NCBI GenBank assembly: GCA_009103225.1
Contig: RHPI01000773.1
Coordinates: 517,990-581,989, forward strand
DNA: 64,000 nucleotides
Direction: 5' to 3'
Origin: Chlorokybus atmophyticus
Lineage: Eukaryota; Plantae; Mesostigma and Chlorokybus algae
Shown here: piece by piece, positions 37,701 to 50,157 of the stretch
Position numbering within the stretch: the first letter of the stretch is position 1
Layout of the letters: each line of letters opens with the position of its first letter
Position numbers and translations under genes: made by a program
The notes under the pieces: generated by a model
Seen by the model: the letters and a program-made list of their open reading frames with translations, nothing else
Told to the model about the DNA's origin: nothing
Databases searched by the model: none

Positions 37701-38830
37701 GTGGTGTATAGATCATTGAATGAGAAGACCAAGACTGATCGGTACCCTATGCCTATCCCTGAGGCCATTTTTGATGACATCGGTGGTGCAAAGGTGTTCT
37801 CCATTGTGGACTTGAGGCAGGGTTTTAACCAGATAGCCATCAAGCCAGAGGACCGTGGCAAGACAGCGTTTTGGGGAGTGGATCAGCTCTACCAATGGAA
37901 GGTCATGCCGTTCGGCTTGAAGAATGCACCTGTGAAGTTTCAGCGTGTGATGGACCGTGTGCTTCGTGGTCTACCCTATGCACGGTGCTACATCGATGAC
38001 ATATTGGTGTTTAGCCACACGATGGAGGAGCATCTTGTACACTTGGAGCGCGTGTTCAAGCGCGTGCGCGAGAGCGGCATGAGGTGTCACCCGGAGAAGT
38101 GCTTGTTCGGAGCTGATCACATCCCTTATCTCGGCCATGAGATAGTGCCGGATGGCGTCCGTGTGCAGCAAGCAGCAAAGGTGGATGCATTGGTGCAAGT
38201 GCCTGCACCGACAGACATTAGCTGACTACGGGCGTTTCTCGGCTTGGCGAACTACTATTGGAGGTTCGTGGAGGGGTATAGCAAGATTGCAAAGCCCTTG
38301 AATGAGTTGTTGAAGAAGGACAAGGCCTGGTGCTGGTCGGAGGAGTGCCAACATGCCTTTGAGCTTCTCAAGGAGAAGCTATGCACCGCGCCGGTGTTGA
38401 GACGGGCGGACTACAACCGTCCCTTCATCCTACACACAGATTGGAGCCGGTTGGGCATTGGGCCGTGTTGTGTCAACATGACGACAACGGGAAGGAGTAC
38501 GTGGTCGCATACGGCAGCCGAAGCAACAACAACGCTGAGGCGAACTACAGCTCCTACGAGGGGGAGTGTTTGGCAGTAGTTTGGGCCATCGTTCACTTCA
38601 GACCGTTCCTCTATGGCCGTCCCTTCACACTTATCACCGACCATCAGCCCTTGAAGTGGTCGATGACCAATGACAAGCTCACAGGGAAGCATGCCAGGTG
38701 GGCGTTTATACTGCAGGAGTATGATTTTGAAATTGAACCCCGAGCTGGTGTTGACAACATGGACACGGATGGGCTGAGTAGGAACCCAAACCCTTCATTG
38801 TTGGATGAGAGTGAGGCGAGGCATGACTAT
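37701..38830 (+). pseudogene. Element A reverse transcriptase and RNase H
   Basis: [51 protein letters not shown]; stops and a frameshift. Confidence 0.9.
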
Positions 38831-39029
38831 GGCAAGCCCGTGGCTGGGTTTTTGGCCTACCGTGTGGCCTCTTTGCTGGTGTTGGCGGGTCGGTGGAAGC
38901 ATGCGCATCCACGCGCGCAAACGCAGCTGGAGAGAGCGACAACGATGGTGCGATGCCGCCTTTGGAGGCTGCACCAGCCCCAACGGTCAATGACATTGAA
39001 GGGGAGGAAGCCGAGGCTTCAAAGAACAT

Positions 39030-39722
39030 TTGGAGGGATGAGCAAGTGCTTGCTCACCTCAAGACCGGGCTGTATCAAGCTGGTTGCAGCACAGCGACGG
39101 GAGATCGCGTGTGGCAACGCGCGCAACGCTATCGGTGGGAGGGAGACCACCTTGTGCGCTTGATGCCGGATGGTGGTGTGAGGATTGTGCCTCAACCACA
39201 TAAGAGGAAGCCGCTTGTGTAGGTGCATCATGAGAAGATGGGCCACTTTGGTGTCAAGAGGACACTTGGGCTTGTGCAATCAGCATATTAGTGGGCTGGC
39301 ATGCAATCTACCGTGGCGGGAGTTGTTGCAAGTTGTGTGGAGTGCGATAGGGTGAAGGCAAGCTTCAATACCAAGCACCCACAGCTGCACCCTCTGCCTA
39401 TCGAAGGACTATTCTATTGGTGGAGCCTAGATCTGGCCGGAGATCTACCAGTCAGCAAGAGAGGCAACCGCTATGTGCTCGTGATGATAGAGCACTTTTC
39501 AAAGTAGGTCGAGGTCGTGGCGCTGCCATCGAAGGAAAGCAAGCTTGTAGCTGAAGCTTGCATTGACCAAGTACTGAGCAGATTCGGTGCTTGTGCTGAG
39601 GTTCTCACTGACCAAGGCACCGAGTTTCGTGGCCAGTTTGATGACTTGTTGGCGCAAGCCTTCATCGACCATCGAAGGACTTCCCGTGACCATCCTCAAG
39701 CCGATGGGCTTGCTAAGAGAAT
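39030..39722 (+). pseudogene. Element A integrase, N-terminal part (HHCC and first DDE residues)
   Basis: HEKMGHFG...CVECDR, WSLDLAG, VLTDQGTEF, HPQADGLAKR; cut by element B. Confidence 0.88.
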
Positions 39723-39963
39723 TGTCGGGTCGAGGGGAGTCGAGGGTCACGCTGTCTCGGACAGTTGCATGGACAGCTATGCTTGCTGGACATGCTGCTG
39801 CGTTACCTGCGTTACGTGCCGCAAAAGCAAAAGATGACCCCAACCCTCATGGTGACAAGTGCTTTGTGCAGCTGGTCTGCTGCTGCTAGGTAGTACGGGC
39901 TGGTGGAGTCGGTGTTCTCCCTAGTGTACATGCTGTGCTGTAGCATACAAAGTCAACAAGCCA
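39723..39963 (-). repeat. Element B repeat B2 (right terminus)
   Basis: ~91% identical to B1. Confidence 0.9.
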
Positions 39964-40532
39964 CTACTATAGGTAATGCTGTTTACACAGTTCTTTGCAT
40001 GAGTGGAAGAGAAATTACACTGTTAAGTGAGGTGAATGAGCAACACGTGGATGCTATGCCCTGACTAATACCAACAAGCACACCGCGACCAAGTACACAA
40101 AGCTCACAGCAAAGACAAGCACAGTGCACGAGAACATGCACAGGCTCTTACACGGTGAGGGGATTCATGGGAACCGGGACGGTGTGTTTCGTAGTTCAAG
40201 TCGCTTTACAAGCTCTTAGCTTTCTCACTTACAGTGTCACCAGCTGATCCGGTAAACACTGTGCCTACTTATACAAGTCAACTCAAGACTGTCCAGAACA
40301 TAAGCTAACGGTCATATCGAGGCTACTTCCACAGAAAATCCGCACTCGATATAGAACCCAACTTATAACTGAACTCACAACTGAACAGCTACGCGCGGTG
40401 CCTATGTAGGCTATGGTCATGAGCTACTTTATAGACACGACCTAGCTACTGGTCAGAGACGCGCGCGGGTTGTCATGCTGGTAAGCCGGGTGAGGGTCTT
40501 GCTGTAGGCATGCCCGGACGATGGGCCTGACA
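39953..40532 (-). repeat. Element B repeat A2
   Basis: Direct repeat of A1 with about 20 substitutions and two indels (18 bp and 4 bp). Confidence 0.9.
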
Positions 40533-40534
40533 GC

Positions 40535-40775
40535 TGTCGGGTCGAGGGGAGTCGAGGGTCACGCTTTCGGACAGCTGCATGGACAGCCATGCTGTGCTGG
40601 ACATGCTGCTGCGCCACCTGCGTAACGCGCAGCAAAAACAGAAAGATGACCTCAACCCTGAAGGTGACAAGTGCTTCGTGCAGCTGGTGTGCTGCTGCTG
40701 GGTAGTACGGGGAGGTGGAGTCGGTGTTCTCCCTAGTGTACATGCTGTGCTGTAGCACACAAAGTCAACAAGCCA
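40535..40775 (-). repeat. Element B repeat B1 (directly after the PPT)
   Basis: Direct repeat of B2; starts TGGCTTGTTGA and ends CCCGACA. Confidence 0.9.
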
Positions 40776-40820
40776 CCCCCCCTGGGCTCTGGGGGAGGTT
40801 CTAGCTCCAGAGCTCAGCTG

Positions 40821-43800
40821 CTAGCGCAAGTGAGGAGGGCCGTTGGTACGGCAATCGTCGCACCAATATTCCTCCATAGGTATCGTATCCAAAGGTGGCT
40901 CCAGGCAGTAGCAATGCAGGCCCTTGTTGCAGCCATCGCAGAGCATCATGAGTGCGTCGTCGTCGGCGCTGCCACAGCATTCACATCGTGTGCTGCGCGA
41001 GGGACGAGGGTGTTGGATACGCCCGAAGCCGGCTACGTAAGGATGGTGACATGGCGCACAGTTCACCATGTTGTCCTTCAACCTCTCTCCGTTTTTACCA
41101 AGGAGGTCCAGCACCCCTGTGGGGTACACTTTGAGTACCTTGTAGACGGTGCGGCCTACGGAGGTGTCAAGCGTGTCTTTGGTGGCTGCCATGCAATAGG
41201 CACAGTCCCCCGCTTGGAACCGCCGCTGGCGCTCCTTGTAGAAGCCGCTGCGTACGCGCTCGTAGCGCAGCGTGTCGCGATGCTGCTCGATGTGCAGGTT
41301 GTTGAAGGCCATGGGGACAGTGCGCTCGAAAAGCGCTGCGCGCGTGGTGATGTCGTGGTGCATCCAGTCCGGGTCGTCGAGGTTGTTCACGACGCGATCC
41401 ACCTCCTGCTGCGCACGGAAGGGGAGCAATGGTGGTCGCCCGAACAGCAGGTAGTACGGGCTGTACTCCCGCAGAGCCGCCTGCTTCGACAATCGATATC
41501 CAAGGGCCACCCACGGGAGGTGGTCATCCCAAGTGTTCTTCTCGTACTCCAGCACGTATTGGCGGAGTGCCTTCTTGATGGTCTGTACTGTACGCTCGGC
41601 GAGGCCGTCGGCTTGAGGGTGATCACGCGAGGTACGGCGGTGGTCGATGAAACATTTGTCCAAGAGGGTGTCGAATTCCCCTCTGAACTCAGTACCTTGG
41701 TCAGTGATGACCTCGGCGCAGCTGCCAAATCGGCTGAGAACGCGAGAGAGGAAGGCTTGAGACACCCCCCTACTGCTCTTGTCGGGTAATGGTACCAGCT
41801 CCACCCATTTGGAGAAGTGCTCGATCATGACCAGGATGTACCGGTTGCCACACGCTGAGGGTGCCAAGTCCCCCAAAATGTCGAGTCCCCATCGGTAAAA
41901 GAGACCGGAGATGGGGAGTGGGTGCAAGGTGGCGCTACGCGTGTTGAGGCTGGCGCGCACCATGTCACACTGCTGGCAGTGGCTGACGAACCCCTGCACC
42001 TGTTTTGTTAACCCATACCACCAATATTGTGCCCGCACTAGGCTGACTGTACGCTTGACACCGAAGTTCCCAAGCTCAGTGTGGAGGGAAGTGATGTTGC
42101 CCTCTCGCGTGACCGGTGTCGGCACTTCATTGTCTTTGTCGTGGAAGCGGCGATACAGCTTGTCACCTGCCCATCGATAGTGACGGGTGCGTTGGGTGAC
42201 TCGGTCCTTCTCTCGAGCGTTCATGCCGGAGGGAAGCTGGCCCCTTTGCAGAAAGGAGAGTGATGGCTTGTCCTGCCATATGTCCTGCCTGGTGTGAGTG
42301 GGCGCCAGCTCTGTGTTATCGACGTCACTGTCGGCTGCGTGGGCGTCTCCCAAAGGTGTGGTTGTAGCAGGGTCGGTAGGCTCAAGGGCAGGAATTTCCT
42401 CTGCCACTGCTGAGGCCATGGTGTTGGTCTTGCGCCCCGAGCGCAACGCGGCAGCAGCAAACATTGCTGTCATGGTGGGGGCTGTTGCTGCAGGGACGAG
42501 CTCATGACGAGCTCTAGTTGCATCATTGGTGCTGAGGTGAGGGTTGCGACTGAGGCCATCGGCGTCTTGGTTGGTGAGGCCAGCGCGGTGGTCGATCTCG
42601 AAGTCGTATTCCTGCAACAGCAGGGCCCATCGAGCAAGTTTCCCTGTCAGATGTTGGTTGGTCATCAGCCACTTGAGGGGCTGATGATCGGTGATCAGTT
42701 GGAACTGTCAACCAAGGTGGAAAGGTCGAAAGAAGGAGATGGCCCACACTGCAGCGAGGCACTCCCCTTCGCAGCTGCTGTAGTTGGCCTCGGCGCTGTT
42801 GTTGCTGCGGCTGGCGTATGACACCACCCGCTCCTTCTTGTTCTCATCGTGCTGCACCAGCACCGCTCCCATCCCCAGCTTGCTCCAATCGGTGTGAAAG
42901 ATGAAGGGCTTGGCGTAGTCCGGACGTTGAAGGATGGGAGCGCTGGTGAGCCTGCTCTTCAGCTCCTCGAAGGCCTGCTGTTGCGGCTCCTTCCACGCGA
43001 ACTCCACCTCCTTCTTCAGTAGCTCGTTGAGGGGCCTTGCAATCTTCGCGAAGTCCTTCACGAACCGGCGATAGTAGTTGGCAAGTCCCAAGAAAGCGTG
43101 CAGACGTGTGAGGTCTGTCGGGGCAGGGATAGCTGCCAGAGCCTCTACTTTTGCCTGCTGCATATACACACCATGGGGCACAATCATGTGCCCTAAGTAC
43201 GGCACCTTGTGGGTGAAGAAGGTACACTTGTCGGGGTGTACGGTCATCCCCACTCCCTTGAGTCGTTCCAGCACCGCTTCGATGTGCTGAAGATGCTCCT
43301 CGTTGCTGCGGCTGAAAATGAGGATGTCATCGATGTAGCACCGCGTGCAGTCTAGCCCCTTCAAGGCCTTGTCCATGACGCGTTGAAAATTGGCGGGGGC
43401 ATTCTTTAGCCCGAACGGCATTACCTTCCATTGGTACAACTGTCCGTGGCCCCAGAAGGAGGTCTTGTGCTTGTTCTCGTCCTTGATGGCGATTTGGTTG
43501 TACCCTTGACGCATGTCCAGGATGCTGAAGACGGTGCAGTCTCCCACATCATCGAAAATACCCTCTGCTGTAGGCATGGGGTACCTGTCTTGCTTGGTCT
43601 TGTTGTTGAGGGGGCGATAGTCGCCACACATGCGTCGCTCTGTCCAGTTGCCTGCTGAATCCTTATTCAGTGGCATGACGGTTGCTGCTGCAAAGTCCGA
43701 TGTGGACTCTTTGATAAGGCCTGCATCAAGCAGCGCCTTACATCTCTGTTCCACCAAGTCCTCTTCCAACTTGGAGAGCCTGTATTGTCGTCGGAACACC

Positions 43801-45929
43801 GGCTCAGTGTCCACCAGCTCGATGTCCATCTGGTACACGGAGCATGTACCTAATTCCTTCACATTAAAGCTGAATTGGCTCCTCCATTTGTTGAGGAGAG
43901 CCTCCAGCTTCTCTCGAGTGTCTTCTGTGGCCAACGGGCCAATGGCATGGTCCCAGGAGGTTGCATTGGCAACCACGGGAATGTCCTCCACTGTCACTGC
44001 TGCTTGCTCCTTCATTTGGACCACCTCGAGGGCTGTGTGAGCTGCCTTGGTGTCGGTTACGCGATCAGCCCACCCCCCAGCCAAGTGTTCGAGATCCTCG
44101 AAGGACACGTGGCGGTCCTGCAATGCGAAGCTCAGCTCTAGCAGCCATGCCATGCTGTTCTGGTCCATGGCGCGACCAAGCAGCTGGCATTGCTGACTAT
44201 CTGTCAGCGATGAGCCCGTGATGCTGTTGGGGAAGAATCCCATGGCGCGTTCACATTCGCGTGCGTTGGGTTCTTCCAGCCTGTTGGTGGTCGCATCGAA
44301 CACCATCCCGTCACCACCGTTCCGAAATGCGTAGGAGCTCGGGTAGGACACCAATGTGGGGAGTGCGCGACGGGGCTGACCGGGCTGAATGCACGGGTAG
44401 AAGTGGTTGTGGTCATGACGCAGAACAGGTTGTGCTGTGCGGCCGGGGTCAAGGATGTCATCGACCAGCAGGTTGCGCGGCCGAGCGCTGCGTGTGTATT
44501 CGGCGGTCATGAGTTCCTCCACGGTGGCCAAGCCTGTCCATTTGGCACGTACACGATGTGCGCGCGAGCCATGTCGTGCTGCGTTCACCTTGAGTGGGTG
44601 CCCCAGAATGGAGCAAACTTGTCGGTAGCTGGAGGCCACGTGCGGACGCTTGTCGTCCTCTGAATGCACATTTTCGATGACGTACCCCAGGGGTCTGGAG
44701 ATTTGATGGTGTTGAAGGAGGTGGATGATTCTCATCAGCTCCCAGAACAGCCCGGAGCGAGGGTTTTCGAGGCCTTGCCCCTTGCTTGCCCTGGAGTGCC
44801 CTTGGCATTCCCATCCAGCTATTAACAGGTCGACGTTGCCGAGGGATAGTAGGTGATCTTCAGTGATCAGCCAGATGTCCTGTGGCAATGCTTTGAGGCT
44901 GCCTTGCAGCGCCGAGAGGGGTAGTTGACGTGGATACCTTGCGTGCAGTTGGCGTAAGTGGTGCTTGAGGACCGTTTGCGCGTGTGGGTCTGGGTCGCAG
45001 TAATAGTATTTGACAACCTTCACGCCCGTGTTGAAGACCGCAGCAAGACCGCTGCCAATGCCTCCAAATAGCTCTAACACTGTGATGCCCTGTTGCCTGC
45101 GAAAGGTGTGGAACTCCACCACTCCGGTGGCCACCATATGGTGGTCCTGCACCTTGATGTGGCTTCGGTAGTTGGGGAAGCGCGTGGTGATCAGTGGATG
45201 GCTGAGCAAGACGTGCGCATCCACCTGTGCGCGCCAGCGCCGTTCAGCTGGGTCTTGTAATGCTACTTCCACGGTGGCATCCTCCTGCTCCTCGTTGTAC
45301 GGGGTGGGAGAGGAGTCGACGGTTCGACACGGGGCCGTGGCACCAGCAGCGACTTGCGTCCGAGCGCCGTCGTATGTGGCCATTGCAGCCTCCCGGGTGC
45401 GGGCGTGGCTGCGTGTGGCCACGGCAGCCACTTGACGTTGGGCGCGCGTGCGCGAGACCAACTCGAGAGGCAGGAAACCCTGCACCTCTCCGTCATCCTC
45501 ATCCCAATGTGGCCGAAACCACGCTCGCTCTGTCAAGCAGTCGAGGCCCATGCCCACAGGGAAGTTGAAGTCCTGCTCAAGCAGAAAGCCGAAGGAGCCG
45601 GCATTGGTGACCACACATTGTTGGACGATCTCGGTCGTGTGGGTTGGGTCCAGCCCTGTCAACCGAATGCAAAAGGCCTCCCTGGTGACTCCCATCACCT
45701 TATCTCGGCTACCTGTAGCAGTGTCCAACACGTACGGGCAAGGCACCAAGTCGGAGCTGTTTATCCCGAGGGACCGCGCGAGGAAGCGCCCGATGATGAC
45801 AGGCTGTGCTCCGGTGTCCAACATTACTCGCTTGGGTGCCAGGCCGTTGATGGTAACAAGCTTGCCTTGGTTGGCCACCATGGCAGCATTGGCGTCGATA
45901 CGCAGCCTCTTCATACGAGTTGTCTGCAC
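40821..45929 (-). pseudogene. Element B pol: protease, C5 DNA methyltransferase, RT, RNase H, integrase, PHD finger (single in-frame TGA at ~42708)
   Basis: MLDTGAQP; VLELFGGIGSG, LLIAGWECQGHS, YVIENV, RAHRVR, LGRAMDQNSM; YIDD; FHTDWS; LHTELGNFG...CQQC, WGLDILG, ITDQGTEF, GLAER; CECCGSADDDALMMLCDGCNKGLHCYCLEPP...WCDDC. Confidence 0.95.
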
Positions 45930-45959
45930 CTCTGACTCAGTTCTCTCAGCTGGGGGTGC

Positions 45960-48444
45960 TTAGCGCATGGCAGCCAGAGCTCCTCTGCCTACTGGGTCCG
46001 GAGAACCCCCGCCTTGCCCTCTCCCTCTGCCGAACCGATCGGCACTGGTTGTGGTGGCGGCGCAGGTGGATGCCGCCTCTGCGAAAATGGAATCCTGCTC
46101 GCGGGTGTACCCAATGGCTGTGGAGGAAACCCCGGTGGACCCGGTGTTTGTGGGCCTGCCTCGCGTTCAGCTCGCTCCGCGGCGTACGTCCAGCGGACAG
46201 CATGAGCCGCCTCTCAGACCAACGTCCCTTCCCACGTGGCCGTGGGCTCGGTGTCCGTGTCGGTCCAATGATGATATTGAGGCATGGGCTGCAGGTATAC
46301 GCCGCGTAGTAGCTGTCGCCGCATGTCGTGAGTGATGGTGGGGACTCGCAAGATCCCTGCCATGTAGGCATCCCACCTTCCTTGTACCACTCCCACATCG
46401 AGCACGGTCATGGCGCGCGCGCGTAGGGTGCGCTGGAGGTTAGTCTGAAGGGGTGCAACTCATGAGCAATGGCGATGCGCCGCCGTTGGCGTGCGGCTTC
46501 CAATCCTGGCAGCCGCAGCATTGCCTCTTGCATTCCCTCCAGCGTGTCCGGGGCTGTGGTGGCAGCCTCGTCGTAGGCTTGTCGCAGCGAGCGAACGAAT
46601 GCCTCCAACCATGATGCTCGGTTGCCAAAGGCAAACAGGGGGACAGCAGGGTGATTGCAACGAGCCATGTCACGAGACGGGCTAGAGCGGCGCTGCCCTC
46701 TTGCATCCCCATCATCTGTCTTAATGTGTTGCCCTCAGGCCTGTGCAACATGACTGCTTGCCGGATGAGTGCGGTACGGAGTTGTTGCTCCCCCACCATA
46801 CCAGCTCCTCCTCGTTGTGTAATGTCCCCTTGCGGGGTGAGGTACCCTCGCCCTGCATCGCGTTGATCCTCAGGCATGTCTTCGACCAAAGGAGGCAGCA
46901 GGGGGGCGATTACCCCCCTCAATTGTTGCGCCAACGCCTTCGCTTGGTCTGCAACAGTTGCTTGCCTTGGCTGTTCGATGGCGACTGCTGTGGAGTAGGT
47001 TGTGGTCAGCGCCGTGGAGGCGCTGGCAACATTTGCCGGCATTACGGGTGGTACGCTAACGGCGTGTGCTGCTTCGTACGCCTGTCGGCGCGCGTCCACT
47101 TGGGCAGCTTGGTCCACTTGATAACGATGGGCTTGTTCGAGAGCAGAGAAACGCTGTTGACAACTGCCTGGAGTGAGCCCCCGGAGCGCGGGATCAGCGC
47201 CTAGCGCGATGTCTGACATGGTGACCACGAGGTCTTGTATTTTGTAGCGCTGGAGTCCGAGTGGGTCCAGTGGCGTGGGCTCGAAGTCGATCTGTTGAGC
47301 GGGCATGGGTTGCCGCGGGTGACTGGGTGCGCCCTGTAATCGTGCGTGTAATGCCAAGAACAATTGAATGGCCAGCTCCAACACTGCAGGTCGCCGGTAG
47401 GTGACCCCGAAGAGACGATCCCTCATCTCTGGTGCAGTGCCGGCGAGGATTTCATCCTCCAGCTGCTGTTGTGTGGGTTCCGGCAGCGTGTGGTATTCTG
47501 GAGGTGGTAGGGGCAAGATGCCATCATCGCGTGCCACGCGCGTGGTGCGTTGCCCCCCTGATCCGTACGCAATGGTGGTGGGCTCCACGTTGCGTATAAC
47601 CGACGCCCAGGCGCGTTCTGCTTGTGGTCCGCGTGGCACCTGCTGTGTGACGTCAAGTGCTGGTGGCGGTGCCATTCGAATCTCAGAAAGTGGTGCAGTG
47701 GGTGCAGCAGCACTACTGGAGGCGATGATGGTGGCACCTGCAGCAGTTGTTGTCACTGAGGTGGCGGCCGTGAGGGTGGCAGCAGTTGTGACCGCTGTGG
47801 TCGCGCCAATAGAAGCAGGAGTGGTGGATTCACCACCCACGAACCCAATGCCCATGGTTGTTGCGGCGTGGGTGCTTTCCATCACCGGGGACAGCGTGGT
47901 GCCAAAAGTGTTGGCACCTGCTGTTGTGGTCGGTGTGGACGCCGACGGTGTCGTCGACGGCGTCGTCCCAGCAATGGTTGTGGCTGCTGAGGCAGCACCA
48001 CTTGTGGCGTCCGACGATGCCGATGTTGACGACGCGCCAGTTTCCCTGCGCGCACGTCTTGATGGTTGTACGCGTGACGGCGTGCGAGTGTCCGTATCCC
48101 GTTTTTGTGCCATCAGTGCCCACCTAGCAGCATAGCAGGCTTGATAGTCCTGCTCCTTGTTCTCCTTCAGCTGTGCCACGCGCGCCATCAGGGCTGCCAC
48201 ATGGTCAATAGCTGGTGGATTGGTTGGTGCCTTTACAGCAGCAGCTCCAGCGCGAGGACGTCCCTCCGGTCCTTTGTGCTGTGGGGGGCGGTTTTTCCCT
48301 CTGTAGCCAGCTTCTTCCTTGCGAGCCCCAGCGTTGTTGTTGTTGTTGGGGTTGTGGCCACCAGCGTTGTTGCCGTTGTTGCGACCACCAGCGTTGTTGC
48401 TGTTGTTATAGCCGCCAGCGTGGTTGCTGTTGTTGTAGCCCCCG

Positions 48445-48476
<32 letters not shown>

Positions 48477-49946
48477 GCCGCGGTAGCCAATAGCGTTGCC
48501 GTTGTTGTAGCCAATAGAGGGCCGCAGCTCAGGGAACTTGAGCCAGCATACTGCCTCCAAGTGTCCCGTCTTGTGGCAGTAGTCGCACACAAGGTTGCCG
48601 TAATCTTCGGTGCACTCCTTTTGGTAGTGGCCATGTCGACCACACCGGTGGCACAGCACTGGAGCCACAAGGGCAGCATGAGCTAACCGTTTATCCTTGT
48701 GGTGGATGCCTTGCGGCTCTCAGCTGCGGTCCCGCCGAAGAGGCTCTGCACTTGTGCCTGCCATAGGCCGCGAGGCACTGCGGTTGATGTCCAGCACCGC
48801 TTTCTCATACAATGCACGCTTATGGATGGCTTGTGCAGTCTCGAAAGCTTCCTTGAGGGTGTAGCCGAGGGGCCTGCTGTAGTTCAGCGTCAGGCGCGTT
48901 GACTCACTCAGGGTGGGATCCAACTCGGCCACATACACCACTGCTGCCGCCTCCTCACTGACAATCTTGTAGTCAGTGTCTTTGAGCAACCCTTCCAACC
49001 GTGAATACAGTCGGAGAGGGTCCTCGTGGGGCTTCCGTCGAAAACGCCTCAACTCCTCCACCTTGCTGTTGGTTTGAGGTGGGAAGGTGCGCAGGAGTGC
49101 GGCGTAGAGGTCCTTCAACGGGGAGTCCGACATGGCCACGCCCACCGTAAGCGCGGGTGCACGCAATGCCACTGAACCGAGGGTGAAAACACTGCCTCCC
49201 GCTGGAGCACGCGAGTTCGGTGTTGGTAGCAGTAGCGTACCCATCTCCAACGCTGCAGCTTGCTGCTCCTCTTGTTGCTCCCTGATGATGGCAGCGGTGC
49301 GGTTGAGTATTCTGATCCGGCGTTCGGCCTTCTTGCTTTCGATCTCTGCAGGAGTCCATGAGGCCACTACCACCTCAACTTCTTCATTCTCTGCCTTCTC
49401 CATGGCTGCAGCTAGAGTGACACCCGTGACTGAGGCTGGCGGGGCCGCTGCTACAGGGACAGTAACCGATGGGCTATGCAGTGACGTGGAGGCTATTGTG
49501 CTGGCCAACTCGCCATAGCCATCAATCTTGTGCAACACAGCGACGGACTTTCACACATCATGCGCTTCGTGATCAAGGTATTGGGCGGACACATGAAACG
49601 ATACCTTATCTGTCCAGTCCTTGCTCTTGAGGGCTTGCTGCCACATCTTGGAGTGGAACTTGATGATGAACTCGTCAAGTGAGGTGGTGCCAGGGCGTCC
49701 GGAGAAGCGTAGGGAGTTGGTTGAACTGGAAGGCTCCATCTCTTCGTCGTCACTGTCCGACGGTAGTGGAGATGCTCGTTGGCGAGGAGTGGAGTGAGAG
49801 GAGGTGAAGCCGGAGACGGGGCGTGAGCCTCTGCTGCTACGGTAATCGCTCCCTTCACTTGCGCGCTCGTAGGTAAGGTTGGAGGTTGGGCTCCAGCTGT
49901 TGAGGTCCCCTTCTTCTATTGGCGAGAAAGGGGTGGGCCTGCTCAT
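45960..49946 (-). pseudogene. Element B very long gag-like ORF (two zinc knuckles; Asn-rich and Thr/Ala-rich tracts)
   Basis: ORFs 49551..49946, 48720..49538 and 46440..48668 are one frame split by two TGA codons; CHRCGRHGHYQKEC and CDYCHKTGHLEAVC; 3' end frameshifted and uncertain. Confidence 0.7.
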
Positions 49947-50157
49947 ACAGCTGATGCGATGGTGAAAGTGGATGAAGGGTAGAGTGTTTGTGCTCTACAA
50001 TGGGATCTCCAGTGCTGCTATCACCCAACACACTAGCGCTTGTGCGCGCTACGCGATGACGGTGACAACACTGCACTGTGATGTGTACAACTACAGATTG
50101 CGATTCTGATGTACAGCCTGCAACTACACTCACCTGAGCAAAGAGGGACACTGTAAA

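Noticed and set aside
39723-40532. Reading A2+B2 as an ordinary 3' LTR of element B
   Set aside because: The 5' end has no B, the PPT precedes B1 rather than A2, and element C repeats the same layout
40830-41789. Long antisense ORFs over pol and cyclase genes (e.g. 40830..41789, 24588..25424, 62794..63729)
   Set aside because: Shadow ORFs of GC-rich coding sequence on the opposite strand
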